A DNA stretch of 28,871 nucleotides, from the IMG/VR virus record IMGVR_UViG_3300017747_003012, positions 1 to 28,871 of that record; one strand, 5' to 3'. Of the stretch, positions 9,088 through 16,669 are shown one piece after another. The position numbers and the translations under genes are program-made. Origin of the DNA: a virus (lineage: Duplodnaviria > Caudoviricetes). Under the pieces are notes generated by a model that saw only the letters and a program-made list of their open reading frames with translations, had not been told where the DNA came from and did no database searches. Positions within the stretch are counted from its first letter, which is position 1. Each line of letters opens with the position of its first letter.

Positions 9088-10275
9088 ATGGCTCAACTCT
9101 TCCACCTTTCCGGCCAAACACTCGTAGACGGCAACGGCGCTCCCTATGCAGCAGCCAAAGCGTATTTCTACGAAACTGGCACAACCACGGCAAAAACCAC
9201 CTACAGCAACGCGGGGCTAACCTCCGCCAACGCCAACCCCGTGGTTGCAGATGCTAACGGCAGATTCGGCGAAATTTACTTGCTCGCCGGGCGCTATAAA
9301 GTGGTTTACGCCACCTCTGCTGACGTAGCCATTGACACGCTGGATCCGGTAGACGGGACATCCCAGCTTATCACTGCAGCGAGTGCGCCAGCGACCACGT
9401 ACCCCTTCCTGCGCTACTACAACACCACAGACGGCAACGTCTACCGCCGCAATGCAGCCAACAGCGCCTGGATCAACGAAGGCCCCGTGGACAGCATCGG
9501 CAACGCAGCCACGGTGTCTGAAGTCCTGACAGGCACCAGTACATCCGTTGTTGTGACACCTGACGCACTTGCAGGCATTTGGCAGCGCGGGCCAGACATT
9601 GCCTCTGCGTCGACGCTGTCGCTTCCAGCGGGTGGCGGCGGGGTGTTTAACGTCACAGGCACTACAGGCGTAACGGGCATTTCATCGGCGCAGGGCGGGC
9701 GGTGCATCAAGTTGCGCTTTGCGGGTGCTTTGACCATCACGCACAACGCCACCAGCATGATCCTTCCGGGCGCGGCCAATATCACAACGGCGGCAGGTGA
9801 CACGGCCATCTTCGTCAACGAGGCTGCGGCTGACGGCTCTGGCTCTAACTGGCGCTGCTTTAGCTATCAGAGGGCGACAGGGTCACCCCTTAACCTCACT
9901 ACCTTCACAGCCACGCAGACTGACTTGGAAACTGGAACCAGCACGTCCCTATTCTCCACAGTCGGCAACATGCAGCACCACAGGGGCATGGGAAAGGTCT
10001 GGGCGAACGTCACTCCCGCAGGCGTCGATAACGGGTCATGGAACGTCACGTCGACGGCTGACACGGGCGTCTGTCGGTACACCGTGACCATTGCCACGGA
10101 CTTCTCCAGCGCCTTCTGGTCGGCACTTGTTACGGCTGAAGCCACGCAGGCAAAGCAGTCCAACTCGCGCTCAATGGCTGCGGGCACGGTCGAAATAAAC
10201 GCCTTCTTCCTCGACGGCACGGCCAACGAAACGGGCCTCACCAACACCTGCTTGGCGGGCCTTGGCGATCAGTGA
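9088..10275 (+). CDS. Tail fibre/tailspike-like protein with N-terminal virion-binding domain
   Basis: DGNGAPYAAAKAYFYETGTTT...NANPVVADANGR N-terminus; Thr/Ala/Gly-rich body; KVWANV C-terminal module. Confidence 0.75.
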   Translation: MAQLFHLSGQTLVDGNGAPYAAAKAYFYETGTTTAKTTYSNAGLTSANANPVVADANGRFGEIYLLAGRYKVVYATSADVAIDTLDPVDGTSQLITAASAPATTYPFLRYYNTTDGNVYRRNAANSAWINEGPVDSIGNAATVSEVLTGTSTSVVVTPDALAGIWQRGPDIASASTLSLPAGGGGVFNVTGTTGVTGISSAQGGRCIKLRFAGALTITHNATSMILPGAANITTAAGDTAIFVNEAAADGSGSNWRCFSYQRATGSPLNLTTFTATQTDLETGTSTSLFSTVGNMQHHRGMGKVWANVTPAGVDNGSWNVTSTADTGVCRYTVTIATDFSSAFWSALVTAEATQAKQSNSRSMAAGTVEINAFFLDGTANETGLTNTCLAGLGDQ

Positions 10276-10889
10276 CGCCCTTAACACACGGCATTGTCTA
10301 CACGCGCAAGGCTGACGGCGGCGTAACTGTCTGCCGTCCAACGTGGTGGGCATTGGGGTACATGACAGGGGGCGGGGGCCTCTGGGACGACAGGCCGCGC
10401 GGGTTCCTGTCCGAACTTGTCAGGCGCAAGACTTGCCCCGAATTGCAGAAGGGCAACCACATCACCGAAGACGCTGCGTGGACCTTCGTCAAGGCGATGC
10501 AGTGGGGTGGGTGTTCTACCGCTGAAGCATGGAACGTCATCCGGCTGCATGACTGCGACAGGTTTGGCTACGACGCGCAGGTAGTGCGCAACGATGAACT
10601 GCCGGACCGTTGGTTCCGGGATGCTTGGACACGCAAGGGGTCTAACTCTGGCCTGCCGCGTGTCGACATGGAAGCTGCAAGGCTCATCCAGTGGGAGCGG
10701 TTGCGCGACGCTGTTTCACGCGAAAACGCACGCAGGGCGGCGGATCTGTTTGGCAAGCCTGAGATCAAACTCAACAAGGCGGAGTTTCAGACCGCCATCA
10801 CGAACGCACGCGACGAGGACGAGTTGCGCCGTGTGTGGTTGCCCGAATTAAGACAGCCTGGGGGTTCCCCTCCTTTCCTCCAGGCTTAG
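10272..10889 (+). CDS. Hypothetical protein, possible fibre-associated factor
   Basis: GTGA overlap with the fibre gene; ELPDRWFRDAW...VDMEAAR motif. Confidence 0.6.
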   Translation: MTPLTHGIVYTRKADGGVTVCRPTWWALGYMTGGGGLWDDRPRGFLSELVRRKTCPELQKGNHITEDAAWTFVKAMQWGGCSTAEAWNVIRLHDCDRFGYDAQVVRNDELPDRWFRDAWTRKGSNSGLPRVDMEAARLIQWERLRDAVSRENARRAADLFGKPEIKLNKAEFQTAITNARDEDELRRVWLPELRQPGGSPPFLQA

Positions 10890-10973
10890 CGGGGGACGGC
10901 ATGCCAGTGCCGCCTCTGCCATACCCGCGCCCCACGTGAGCGCGCGGGTCGTGTTTCATGTGAGAGCTACATC

Positions 10974-11048
10974 ATGACCCCTGAACTTGTGGCCTTCCTT
11001 GGCCTGATCCTCCTCCTAAGCATGGTTTCATACTATGACGCTGAATGA
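10974..11048 (+). CDS. 24-aa hydrophobic mini-ORF overlapping endolysin start
   Basis: MTPELVAFLGLILLLSMVSYYDAE; GAGAG upstream. Confidence 0.35.
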   Translation: MTPELVAFLGLILLLSMVSYYDAE

Positions 11049-11430
11049 ACGCAGCCTGAAAGCCCTTGTGGGCGTGCATCCTGACTTGGTGGCCGTGGTC
11101 AAGCGGGCCGCTGAGATCCTGCCCGGTGGGTTCATCATCACTGAGGGCATAAGGACCAAAGAGCGGCAACGCATCCTGTTCGCCAAGGGCTTGTCCAAGA
11201 CGCTCAACTCTCGCCACCTGTACGGCCTCGCGGTCGACTTCGCGCCCCTGATCGACACGGACGGGGATGGGGACACGGAAGTGACGTGGAAGACTCCGGC
11301 TTTCTTGCCCGTCATCAAAGCGTTTCGTCAGGCTGCTGCTGAACTCAGCGTCCCAATCGTCAGCGGGTCTGAATGGAAGACGTTCAAAGACTACCCACAC
11401 ATCGAGTTGAGCAGAGGCGTCTATAAATGA
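11035..11430 (+). CDS. Endolysin, peptidase M15 (L-Ala-D-Glu peptidase type)
   Basis: LVGVHPDL, ITEGIRTKERQ, SRHLYGLAVD (SxH-x6-D), DYPHIEL. Confidence 0.9.
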   Translation: MTLNERSLKALVGVHPDLVAVVKRAAEILPGGFIITEGIRTKERQRILFAKGLSKTLNSRHLYGLAVDFAPLIDTDGDGDTEVTWKTPAFLPVIKAFRQAAAELSVPIVSGSEWKTFKDYPHIELSRGVYK

Positions 11431-11678
11431 GCAGTGAACTGGATCTACACCGTGACTTCGGGCAATTGCAAGGAACCGTGGCCTCGCTTACCGGAGAGGT
11501 CAAAGACCTGAAGACGGAGGTCAAAGAGCTAAAGGACACGGTGACACAACTGACCGCACTCCTGAACCAAGCCAAGGGCGCGAAATACGTCATCTTCCTT
11601 GTCCCCGGAATCGTGGGCACCATCGCTTCGGTGCTTGGCTATTTCGGCCTCAAGGCTATCGTCGGGCCTGGTGGCTGA
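11427..11678 (+). CDS. Coiled-coil protein with C-terminal TM helix (holin-like candidate)
   Basis: Heptads VKDLKTEVKELKDTV; AKGA followed by a hydrophobic helix; ATGA overlap with endolysin. Confidence 0.6.
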   Translation: MSSELDLHRDFGQLQGTVASLTGEVKDLKTEVKELKDTVTQLTALLNQAKGAKYVIFLVPGIVGTIASVLGYFGLKAIVGPGG

Positions 11679-11679
11679 C

Positions 11680-11844
11680 ATGCCGAAGAACACCAAGCCC
11701 GCGAGTTCTCGCATATTTTATAGGAATCCGCGCAGGTGGGACATCTGGAAGCTGCAGTGGCTTTGGACTGCGCCCAGCCTTGTGTTCTGCACGCTCGCAT
11801 TTTTCCCGCTCGCGCTGATTTACACAATTCTGTCTCAGACCTGA
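11680..11844 (+). CDS. Small membrane protein
   Basis: Basic N-terminus then LWTAPSLVFCTLAFFPLALIYTIL. Confidence 0.45.
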   Translation: MPKNTKPASSRIFYRNPRRWDIWKLQWLWTAPSLVFCTLAFFPLALIYTILSQT

Positions 11845-11878
11845 CTCATATTGCCCCGAACGGTAAAGGTGTCCCCCC

Positions 11879-13153
11879 GTGCCAACTCCTCCGCTGAATA
11901 AGCAGGAATGGACTCGCCGCAAGGCGGTTATTGAAGACGCACTGAGAAAGGGGCACCCACCTCCGGGGACAGGTGGGCAGCATGTCAAGGGCGCAATAGC
12001 TACAGCCGCCGAAGCCCTTGGGATTGGCCCTGCAAGCCTCCAGAACTCAGTCAACCGCGCCAAGGTCCTGAAGTTCCCGCCGCCCCGATGGTCGCTCTAC
12101 AAGCAAAGCAAAGCCGCGCAGATCGAACTGCAGACACCGGACACGGTGCGCGCGCGGAACCAAGTCGCTGACCTGCAGAAGCGGCTGACCGAGGCTCTGG
12201 AATACGCCAGCAAGCTGGAAGACATCCGCAAGTCGGTCTTCAACCTGCAGCCTGAGAGCCTCAGCATACCGAATTGGCAAGTGCGCACAGGGCCGCAAAA
12301 GTCGCAGCCTGAGATACCGACGCTGTTGACCTCCGACTTTCAAGCGGGCGAGGTCATCCGCTCTGCCGAGTTGGACTTCCCGAACGACTACAACCCGACC
12401 ATCTTCCGGGAGCGGTATCGCCGCCTGATACAGACCAGCGTCAAGTTGCTGGAGCGGGAAAACCCGAAGATGGACTACCCCGGCATGATCTACCTCAGGG
12501 CCGGGGACGCCGTTTCAGGTTCCATACATCTGGATCTTGAAGCCACGGATGAAGGGGTGCCGACCGAACAGACATTGCTTGTGGTTGAGGAAGAGATACG
12601 CGGCATTGAAGAGTTGCTGAAGGCAGTACCGAAGGTGACTGTGTACTCGGTCCCTGGCAACCACGACCGCACGACTTTCAAGCCACGGGCCAAACGCTTC
12701 GTTGCGCTGTCTTACGACTACCTCGCCATTTGGGCCATTCAGAGCTACTTCAAGGCGAAGGGTGAGGACCGCGTGACCTTCTGCGCTCCAGCGTCAGGTG
12801 ATGCGCTCTACAAAGTTTTCGACACAAACTACCTGCTGACCCACGGGGACAGGATCGGGGCAAGGGGCGGCACTGGCTTTATCGGCCCTGCCGCGACCGT
12901 CAGCAAAGGCGCGTTCAAACTGAGGGCGCAATACGCCCAAATGCAGAAGCGCGTGGACTACGTTTTGATGGGCCACTTCCACACGCCCATGCAGCTACCC
13001 AATGCAATTGTGAATGGCTCACTAGCAGGGTTCAACGAGTACGCGCGCAGTGAGTTGCGCTGCGAGCCGGGACCGCCAGTGCAGACCATGTTCTGGACCC
13101 ACGCGAAATGGGGCCTGACAACGCTTCGCAGAATTAGGGTGGACCATGACTAG
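11879..13153 (+). CDS. Calcineurin-like metallophosphoesterase with N-terminal HTH-like and coiled-coil regions
   Basis: SDFQ, AGDAVSG, VPGNHDR, LTHGD, MGHFH motifs. Confidence 0.85.
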   Translation: MPTPPLNKQEWTRRKAVIEDALRKGHPPPGTGGQHVKGAIATAAEALGIGPASLQNSVNRAKVLKFPPPRWSLYKQSKAAQIELQTPDTVRARNQVADLQKRLTEALEYASKLEDIRKSVFNLQPESLSIPNWQVRTGPQKSQPEIPTLLTSDFQAGEVIRSAELDFPNDYNPTIFRERYRRLIQTSVKLLERENPKMDYPGMIYLRAGDAVSGSIHLDLEATDEGVPTEQTLLVVEEEIRGIEELLKAVPKVTVYSVPGNHDRTTFKPRAKRFVALSYDYLAIWAIQSYFKAKGEDRVTFCAPASGDALYKVFDTNYLLTHGDRIGARGGTGFIGPAATVSKGAFKLRAQYAQMQKRVDYVLMGHFHTPMQLPNAIVNGSLAGFNEYARSELRCEPGPPVQTMFWTHAKWGLTTLRRIRVDHD

Positions 13154-13397
13154 CGACGTAACCGACCACGAAGACCCGCATCCAGTGCAGCCCACTGTGC
13201 TGGCCTACCACGCCATGCCATACCCCTTTGGGGACCAGTCAGCGCAGAGCCTTTATATGTGGTGCGTTGAGCAGGTCCTGCAGCACGCAGAAACGCCCCT
13301 AACCGACACGACCCGCAAATTCATCAAGGGCATTTATACCGATGTGGTGGCTGCAGGAACCGTGTCATCAGAACCCAACATAACGGTGGTCAAATGA
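13146..13397 (+). CDS. Hypothetical protein
   Basis: Overlaps neighbouring genes in the operon. Confidence 0.55.
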   Translation: MTSDVTDHEDPHPVQPTVLAYHAMPYPFGDQSAQSLYMWCVEQVLQHAETPLTDTTRKFIKGIYTDVVAAGTVSSEPNITVVK

Positions 13398-13597
13398 TCC
13401 CGCCACGACGCTTCACGACGACAGAGCAGATTGGCCCTTTTGCAGTCTCGGTGGGGTTTAAGCAGGACCACTTGGGCGAATGGACGATCCCGTTTGAGGT
13501 GTTCATCACCGCGCGGGGGAAGACCGGCAGCGAGCTAGACGGCCACCTTTACGAAATCGGCGTGGCTGCGTCGAAGATGATGCAAGGAAAGGGTTAA
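13394..13597 (+). CDS. Small protein resembling class II ribonucleotide reductase C-terminal (TSCPD-like) segment
   Basis: PFEVFITARGKTGSELD...IGVAASKMMQ pattern. Confidence 0.5.
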   Translation: MIPPRRFTTTEQIGPFAVSVGFKQDHLGEWTIPFEVFITARGKTGSELDGHLYEIGVAASKMMQGKG

Positions 13598-13599
13598 AC

Positions 13600-13818
13600 A
13601 TGGAAACCTGCAAAAGCTGCAAGTTCTTTGAGGAGCGCGCGAAGCAGTGCCGCGCAGCACCTCCAGTTGTCCACCTGCTGCAAAACGACAGGTGGGTGAC
13701 GCTGTTCCCAGAAACAACTCGCGATGGCTGGTGCGGCTATCATGAGAAGACAGAACAAGCGCACCATTTTGAACTTGGTTCCCCCCTTATGCTCCAGAAG
13801 GAAAACACCAATGGCTGA
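13600..13818 (+). CDS. Small Cys-rich putative metal-binding protein
   Basis: CxxC...CR..PP...FP.T...WCGYH. Confidence 0.65.
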   Translation: METCKSCKFFEERAKQCRAAPPVVHLLQNDRWVTLFPETTRDGWCGYHEKTEQAHHFELGSPLMLQKENTNG

Positions 13819-14146
13819 TTATCAGGTTTTTGAAGGCAAGGACCTTCGCGTTCCGTTCAAGATCGTGACCGCTTCCGGCAAGTCCGGCAAGGTTGACGGT
13901 GCTGTCGAAGTATCGAGCGATGACCTCGACGTTGCTTCTGTCGCTATCGACGGTGACTTTATCGTCATCACCACGGCCAACGTGGGTGATGCGCTTATCA
14001 CCATGTCTGCCGACGCTGACCTTGGCGAAGGCAAGAAGTACATTGAAACCAGCTTCACGGTTGAAGTTCTGAGCGAGACGGCGTCTGCCTTCGATCTCGG
14101 CACGGGCGTTGAAGTTGAAAAGGCTCCGGCAGAGCCGACAGCCTAA
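13811..14146 (+). CDS. Acidic Ig-like (BIG2-like) domain protein
   Basis: AAGGA RBS; VSSDDLDVASV...VGDALITMSADAD pattern. Confidence 0.55.
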   Translation: MADYQVFEGKDLRVPFKIVTASGKSGKVDGAVEVSSDDLDVASVAIDGDFIVITTANVGDALITMSADADLGEGKKYIETSFTVEVLSETASAFDLGTGVEVEKAPAEPTA

Positions 14147-14169
14147 CGCTTCGGGCCTTTAACTGACGG

Positions 14170-14198
14170 GAGGGAGGCGGGCGACTGCCTCCCTTTTC
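14170..14198 (+). terminator. Rho-independent terminator
   Basis: AGGGAGGCGG-GCGA-CTGCCTCCCT followed by TTT. Confidence 0.7.
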
Positions 14199-14217
14199 CA
14201 TTTCAGGAGAGTGAAAC

Positions 14218-14448
14218 ATGAACTATCTCAATTTGCTTGTGTCTGCCCTGAACTACTTCCCTGGCATCAAGACGAAGGTGGCGGCGGTCGCGGCTGTCGT
14301 TTCTGCCCTCATCGTTGCCATCTCGGTCGCGCTTGAGGTCTTCGGGGTTGGATTCTCGATTCCGTATCTCAACGAAATCAACGCCTTCCTGATTGCCCTG
14401 ACTGCAGTGGGCGCGGCGAATCAGCCAAACAACCTGCCCAAGCCCTGA
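14218..14448 (+). CDS. Putative holin
   Basis: AGGAGA RBS; GIKT followed by two hydrophobic helices; directly precedes spanins. Confidence 0.65.
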   Translation: MNYLNLLVSALNYFPGIKTKVAAVAAVVSALIVAISVALEVFGVGFSIPYLNEINAFLIALTAVGAANQPNNLPKP

Positions 14449-14816
14449 TGTGGGTTTACGCAAAAGCCGCCATCATCGTTGTCCTTACCATCTCCCTTTT
14501 CGTAGGGGGGTGGAAGGCCAACGGGTGGCGGCTAGAGGCTCAGGCTGCGGAAGTGCTTCGGCTTGAGTTGCGTGCGGAACTGGAGCGCAGGGTGAAGGCG
14601 GACGCTGACCGCTTGAGCCTTCAGGTGAAACTCAGCGACGCCGAAGCCAAAGTGGGCACAGGCGTCAAAGTCGTAACCAAGACCATCCGTGAGTACATCC
14701 ATGACGCGCCTGATTGTCGTGTTAGTAACCCTGTCTCTAACGGGCTGCGTGACTTACGAGCGGGTGTCATGCCCACAGCCGCCGCCCAGCCTGCTACTAG
14801 CAGAGCCGCCCCTTGA
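14448..14816 (+). CDS. Rz: Inner-membrane spanin (Rz-like)
   Basis: N-terminal TM, GGWKANGWR, coiled coil, late Cys. Confidence 0.8.
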   Translation: MWVYAKAAIIVVLTISLFVGGWKANGWRLEAQAAEVLRLELRAELERRVKADADRLSLQVKLSDAEAKVGTGVKVVTKTIREYIHDAPDCRVSNPVSNGLRDLRAGVMPTAAAQPATSRAAP

Positions 14817-14994
14817 TGCCTCCAGAAGCCTTCCTGAGCCTATACCGCTGCCTGTAGTCGTAGAGACATGGGCAAGCGATATAGGCCGCTTTGAGGCCCT
14901 GAGAAGCCGACACACGGCGCTTCAGGGGTGGTGGCTGGAACAGTGCGCCCCTAAAGGCTCAGAAGCACGTCCAGTGCCGCCGACATCCAGTTGA
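14701..14994 (+). CDS. Rz1: Outer-membrane lipoprotein spanin (Rz1-like), overlapping Rz
   Basis: Signal peptide with lipobox LTGC, then CPQPPPSLL; alternative frame within the Rz 3' end. Confidence 0.85.
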   Translation: MTRLIVVLVTLSLTGCVTYERVSCPQPPPSLLLAEPPLDASRSLPEPIPLPVVVETWASDIGRFEALRSRHTALQGWWLEQCAPKGSEARPVPPTSS

Positions 14995-15103
14995 AAAAGC
15001 ACGCGAACCCGAAGCCGAAGGCTAGCAGCCAGAGCGCATCCGGCAGCAGGTGATTGGGCTTACGGTCCCAGCCATTGGCGGGGCGTTTCAGGGCGCGGCT
15101 CAT
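14951..15103 (-). CDS. 50-aa membrane protein (not in ORF track)
   Basis: MSRALKRPANGWDRKPNHLLPDALWLLAFGFGFACFFNWMSAALDVLLSL; ATGA-coupled to upstream ORF. Confidence 0.6.
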   Translation of the reverse strand: MSRALKRPANGWDRKPNHLLPDALWLLAFGFGFACFFNWMSAALDVLLSL

Positions 15104-15207
15104 GCTGTGTACGCCAGTGCGAGGACCAGCAGGCCCACGGCAGCATCAAAGACGAAGCAGGTGACGACGAAAAGAATTGCCGCTATACGGCGAGTAGCCT
15201 GGAACAT
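15100..15207 (-). CDS. 35-aa hydrophobic membrane peptide
   Basis: GAGG RBS; MFQATRRIAAILFVVTCFVFDAAVGLLVLALAYTA. Confidence 0.6.
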   Translation of the reverse strand: MFQATRRIAAILFVVTCFVFDAAVGLLVLALAYTA

Positions 15208-15230
15208 GGTAACCTCATGTGTACGGGTTA

Positions 15231-15265
15231 GGCCCTGTTCCCGGACTGCAATCCGGGGCGGGGCC
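15231..15265. promoter_or_regulatory. Strong hairpin in the leader of the small membrane-protein operon
   Basis: GGCCCTGTTCCCGGA-CTGCAA-TCCGGGGCGGGGCC. Confidence 0.5.
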
Positions 15266-15302
15266 GCTTCATGTCTGAAGCCCGAACATGATGCCCGACA
15301 CA

Positions 15303-15482
15303 TGTTAGCCAAACCTGAATTTCGCTAACACGTTCAATGGGGCAGAAAACCCTGTTAGCCAGCGTAAGCCGTTGAGATACAACGACAAGTCGCTTACATC
15401 TGGGCTCACCAACCTAAAATATATGTTTGTGATTTCAGTGGCTTAGGTGAAGAATTGGCTAACAGGCTCGATTGTTAGCCAA
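15303..15482. mobile_element. attP region with integrase arm-type repeats and IHF-like sites
   Basis: TGTTAGCCAA-like 10-mers at 15303, 15321 (rev), 15353, 15455 (rev) and 15473; inverted IHF-like boxes at 15365-15377 and 15433-15445; abuts the integrase stop codon. Confidence 0.8.
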
Positions 15483-16502
15483 CTACTGTTCCCGCTTCAG
15501 GCCCGTGGCGGCAGTCTTTGCAAGGCGTTCCTGGCTGGCCGCGCGCGTGTATCGCTCAACCTCCCCAAGCGACCTATGGCCCGTGATGGACATGATCTCA
15601 TGGGTCGACTTCCCCGCCTCCGCCATGCGCCGTGCAGCCGCTTTTCTCAGCCCATGCGCGCTGATGTTTTTCAACCCCGCCTCGTTACACCTAGCCCTGA
15701 ACCAGTTCCCGAACCCTGCCAGACTGAAGGGCTTGTTGAACTCGGTCTGCAAGTAGGTCAGGCCACCCATCGGCGTCCGGTCGAAAGCCTCCCGCAGTTC
15801 AGGGACGATTGGCAGGATCAGCCAGGCCCCGGTCTTGTGCTGCCTCATGTGGATCGCCCCGGCCTTCTCATGCTGCCTGCCCAACCTCACCACGTCAGAC
15901 CGGCGCTGCGCTGTGTAGAGCAGCAACCTCAAGGCAAGGTTCGCCTTGGTCCCCACAGGGTGGCGCTTTTCGAATTGAGCTATCTGCACGTCCGTCCATG
16001 TGGCTATTCCGTCCGTCTTGTCCCGCAGCCGCTTGACGCCCAAGGTCGGGTTGGTCTTCAGCAAGCCACGTTCCAGCCCATACCGACACATGGCCTTCAT
16101 GACCTTGAGGAGGATGTTAGCCGTGGCTGGCTTGTCTGACATCCCGTCCAGCTTGTCGCGGAAGTTCCCCGGCGTCAGGAACCGGGTGGGCTTGTCCCCA
16201 TTGGCCCGCTTGAAGCGTTCCAGGTGGTAGCGGTAAGTCCGCTTCGTATTGTCGGCCAACAGGCGATAGTCAGAACTGGACAGGTAGCCCTGTACCAACT
16301 CGGCAATGGTCCCCGGTAACACCCGCTGGGACGCATGGGCGGGACGGTTCGCAACCGCGTCCTCGTAGGCCCTGATGAACTCAGGCGAGCTATAGCCTCC
16401 CGGCAGATACACCGCCTTCTGCCCCTTGCGCCTGAACCTCCAGCGCACCTTCCCCCGAATGTCAGTGAACTTCGACACGTTCTTGAATGAACGCTTTGGC
16501 AT
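15483..16502 (-). CDS. int: Tyrosine recombinase / phage integrase
   Basis: YTAQRRSD (R), QHKTG (K), HGLRK (HxxR), ITGH, VERY (Y). Confidence 0.95.
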   Translation of the reverse strand: MPKRSFKNVSKFTDIRGKVRWRFRRKGQKAVYLPGGYSSPEFIRAYEDAVANRPAHASQRVLPGTIAELVQGYLSSSDYRLLADNTKRTYRYHLERFKRANGDKPTRFLTPGNFRDKLDGMSDKPATANILLKVMKAMCRYGLERGLLKTNPTLGVKRLRDKTDGIATWTDVQIAQFEKRHPVGTKANLALRLLLYTAQRRSDVVRLGRQHEKAGAIHMRQHKTGAWLILPIVPELREAFDRTPMGGLTYLQTEFNKPFSLAGFGNWFRARCNEAGLKNISAHGLRKAAARRMAEAGKSTHEIMSITGHRSLGEVERYTRAASQERLAKTAATGLKREQ

Positions 16503-16669
16503 CAATCCAGCTTCCCCAATTCCTCGCGCTCGTCCCCATCCTGAACGCGGGCAACGATCTTCAACCCATCGGGCGTAGGCGTCAACTCCACAACCTGAAA
16601 GCCCTCTTTCCGCGCGGCTCTCATGGCCCTGCGAAGGTCGGCTTCGGAGTAGGAGCGGCGGTCAGTCAT
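16502..16669 (-). CDS. Putative excisionase-like small protein
   Basis: YSEADLRRAMRAARKEG; coupled directly upstream of int. Confidence 0.5.
   Translation of the reverse strand: MTDRRSYSEADLRRAMRAARKEGFQVVELTPTPDGLKIVARVQDGDEREELGKLD

Noticed and set aside
9088-10889. Tail-fibre diversification by DGR or invertase
   Set aside because: No reverse transcriptase, no template/variable repeat pair and no invertible repeats seen
15231-15265. GGACTGCAATCC resembles a tRNA-Cys anticodon arm
   Set aside because: No D-arm, T-arm (GTTCRA) or acceptor stem around it; it is a single hairpin
15408-15431. CCAACCTAAAATATATGTTTG vaguely dif-like
   Set aside because: Spacing and XerD arm do not fit the TAA-N6-TTATG pattern, and the phage has its own integrase with arm sites
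15303-15482. Repeated 10-mers as a possible CRISPR array
   Set aside because: Too short, mixed orientation, irregular spacing and no cas genes; better explained as arm sites
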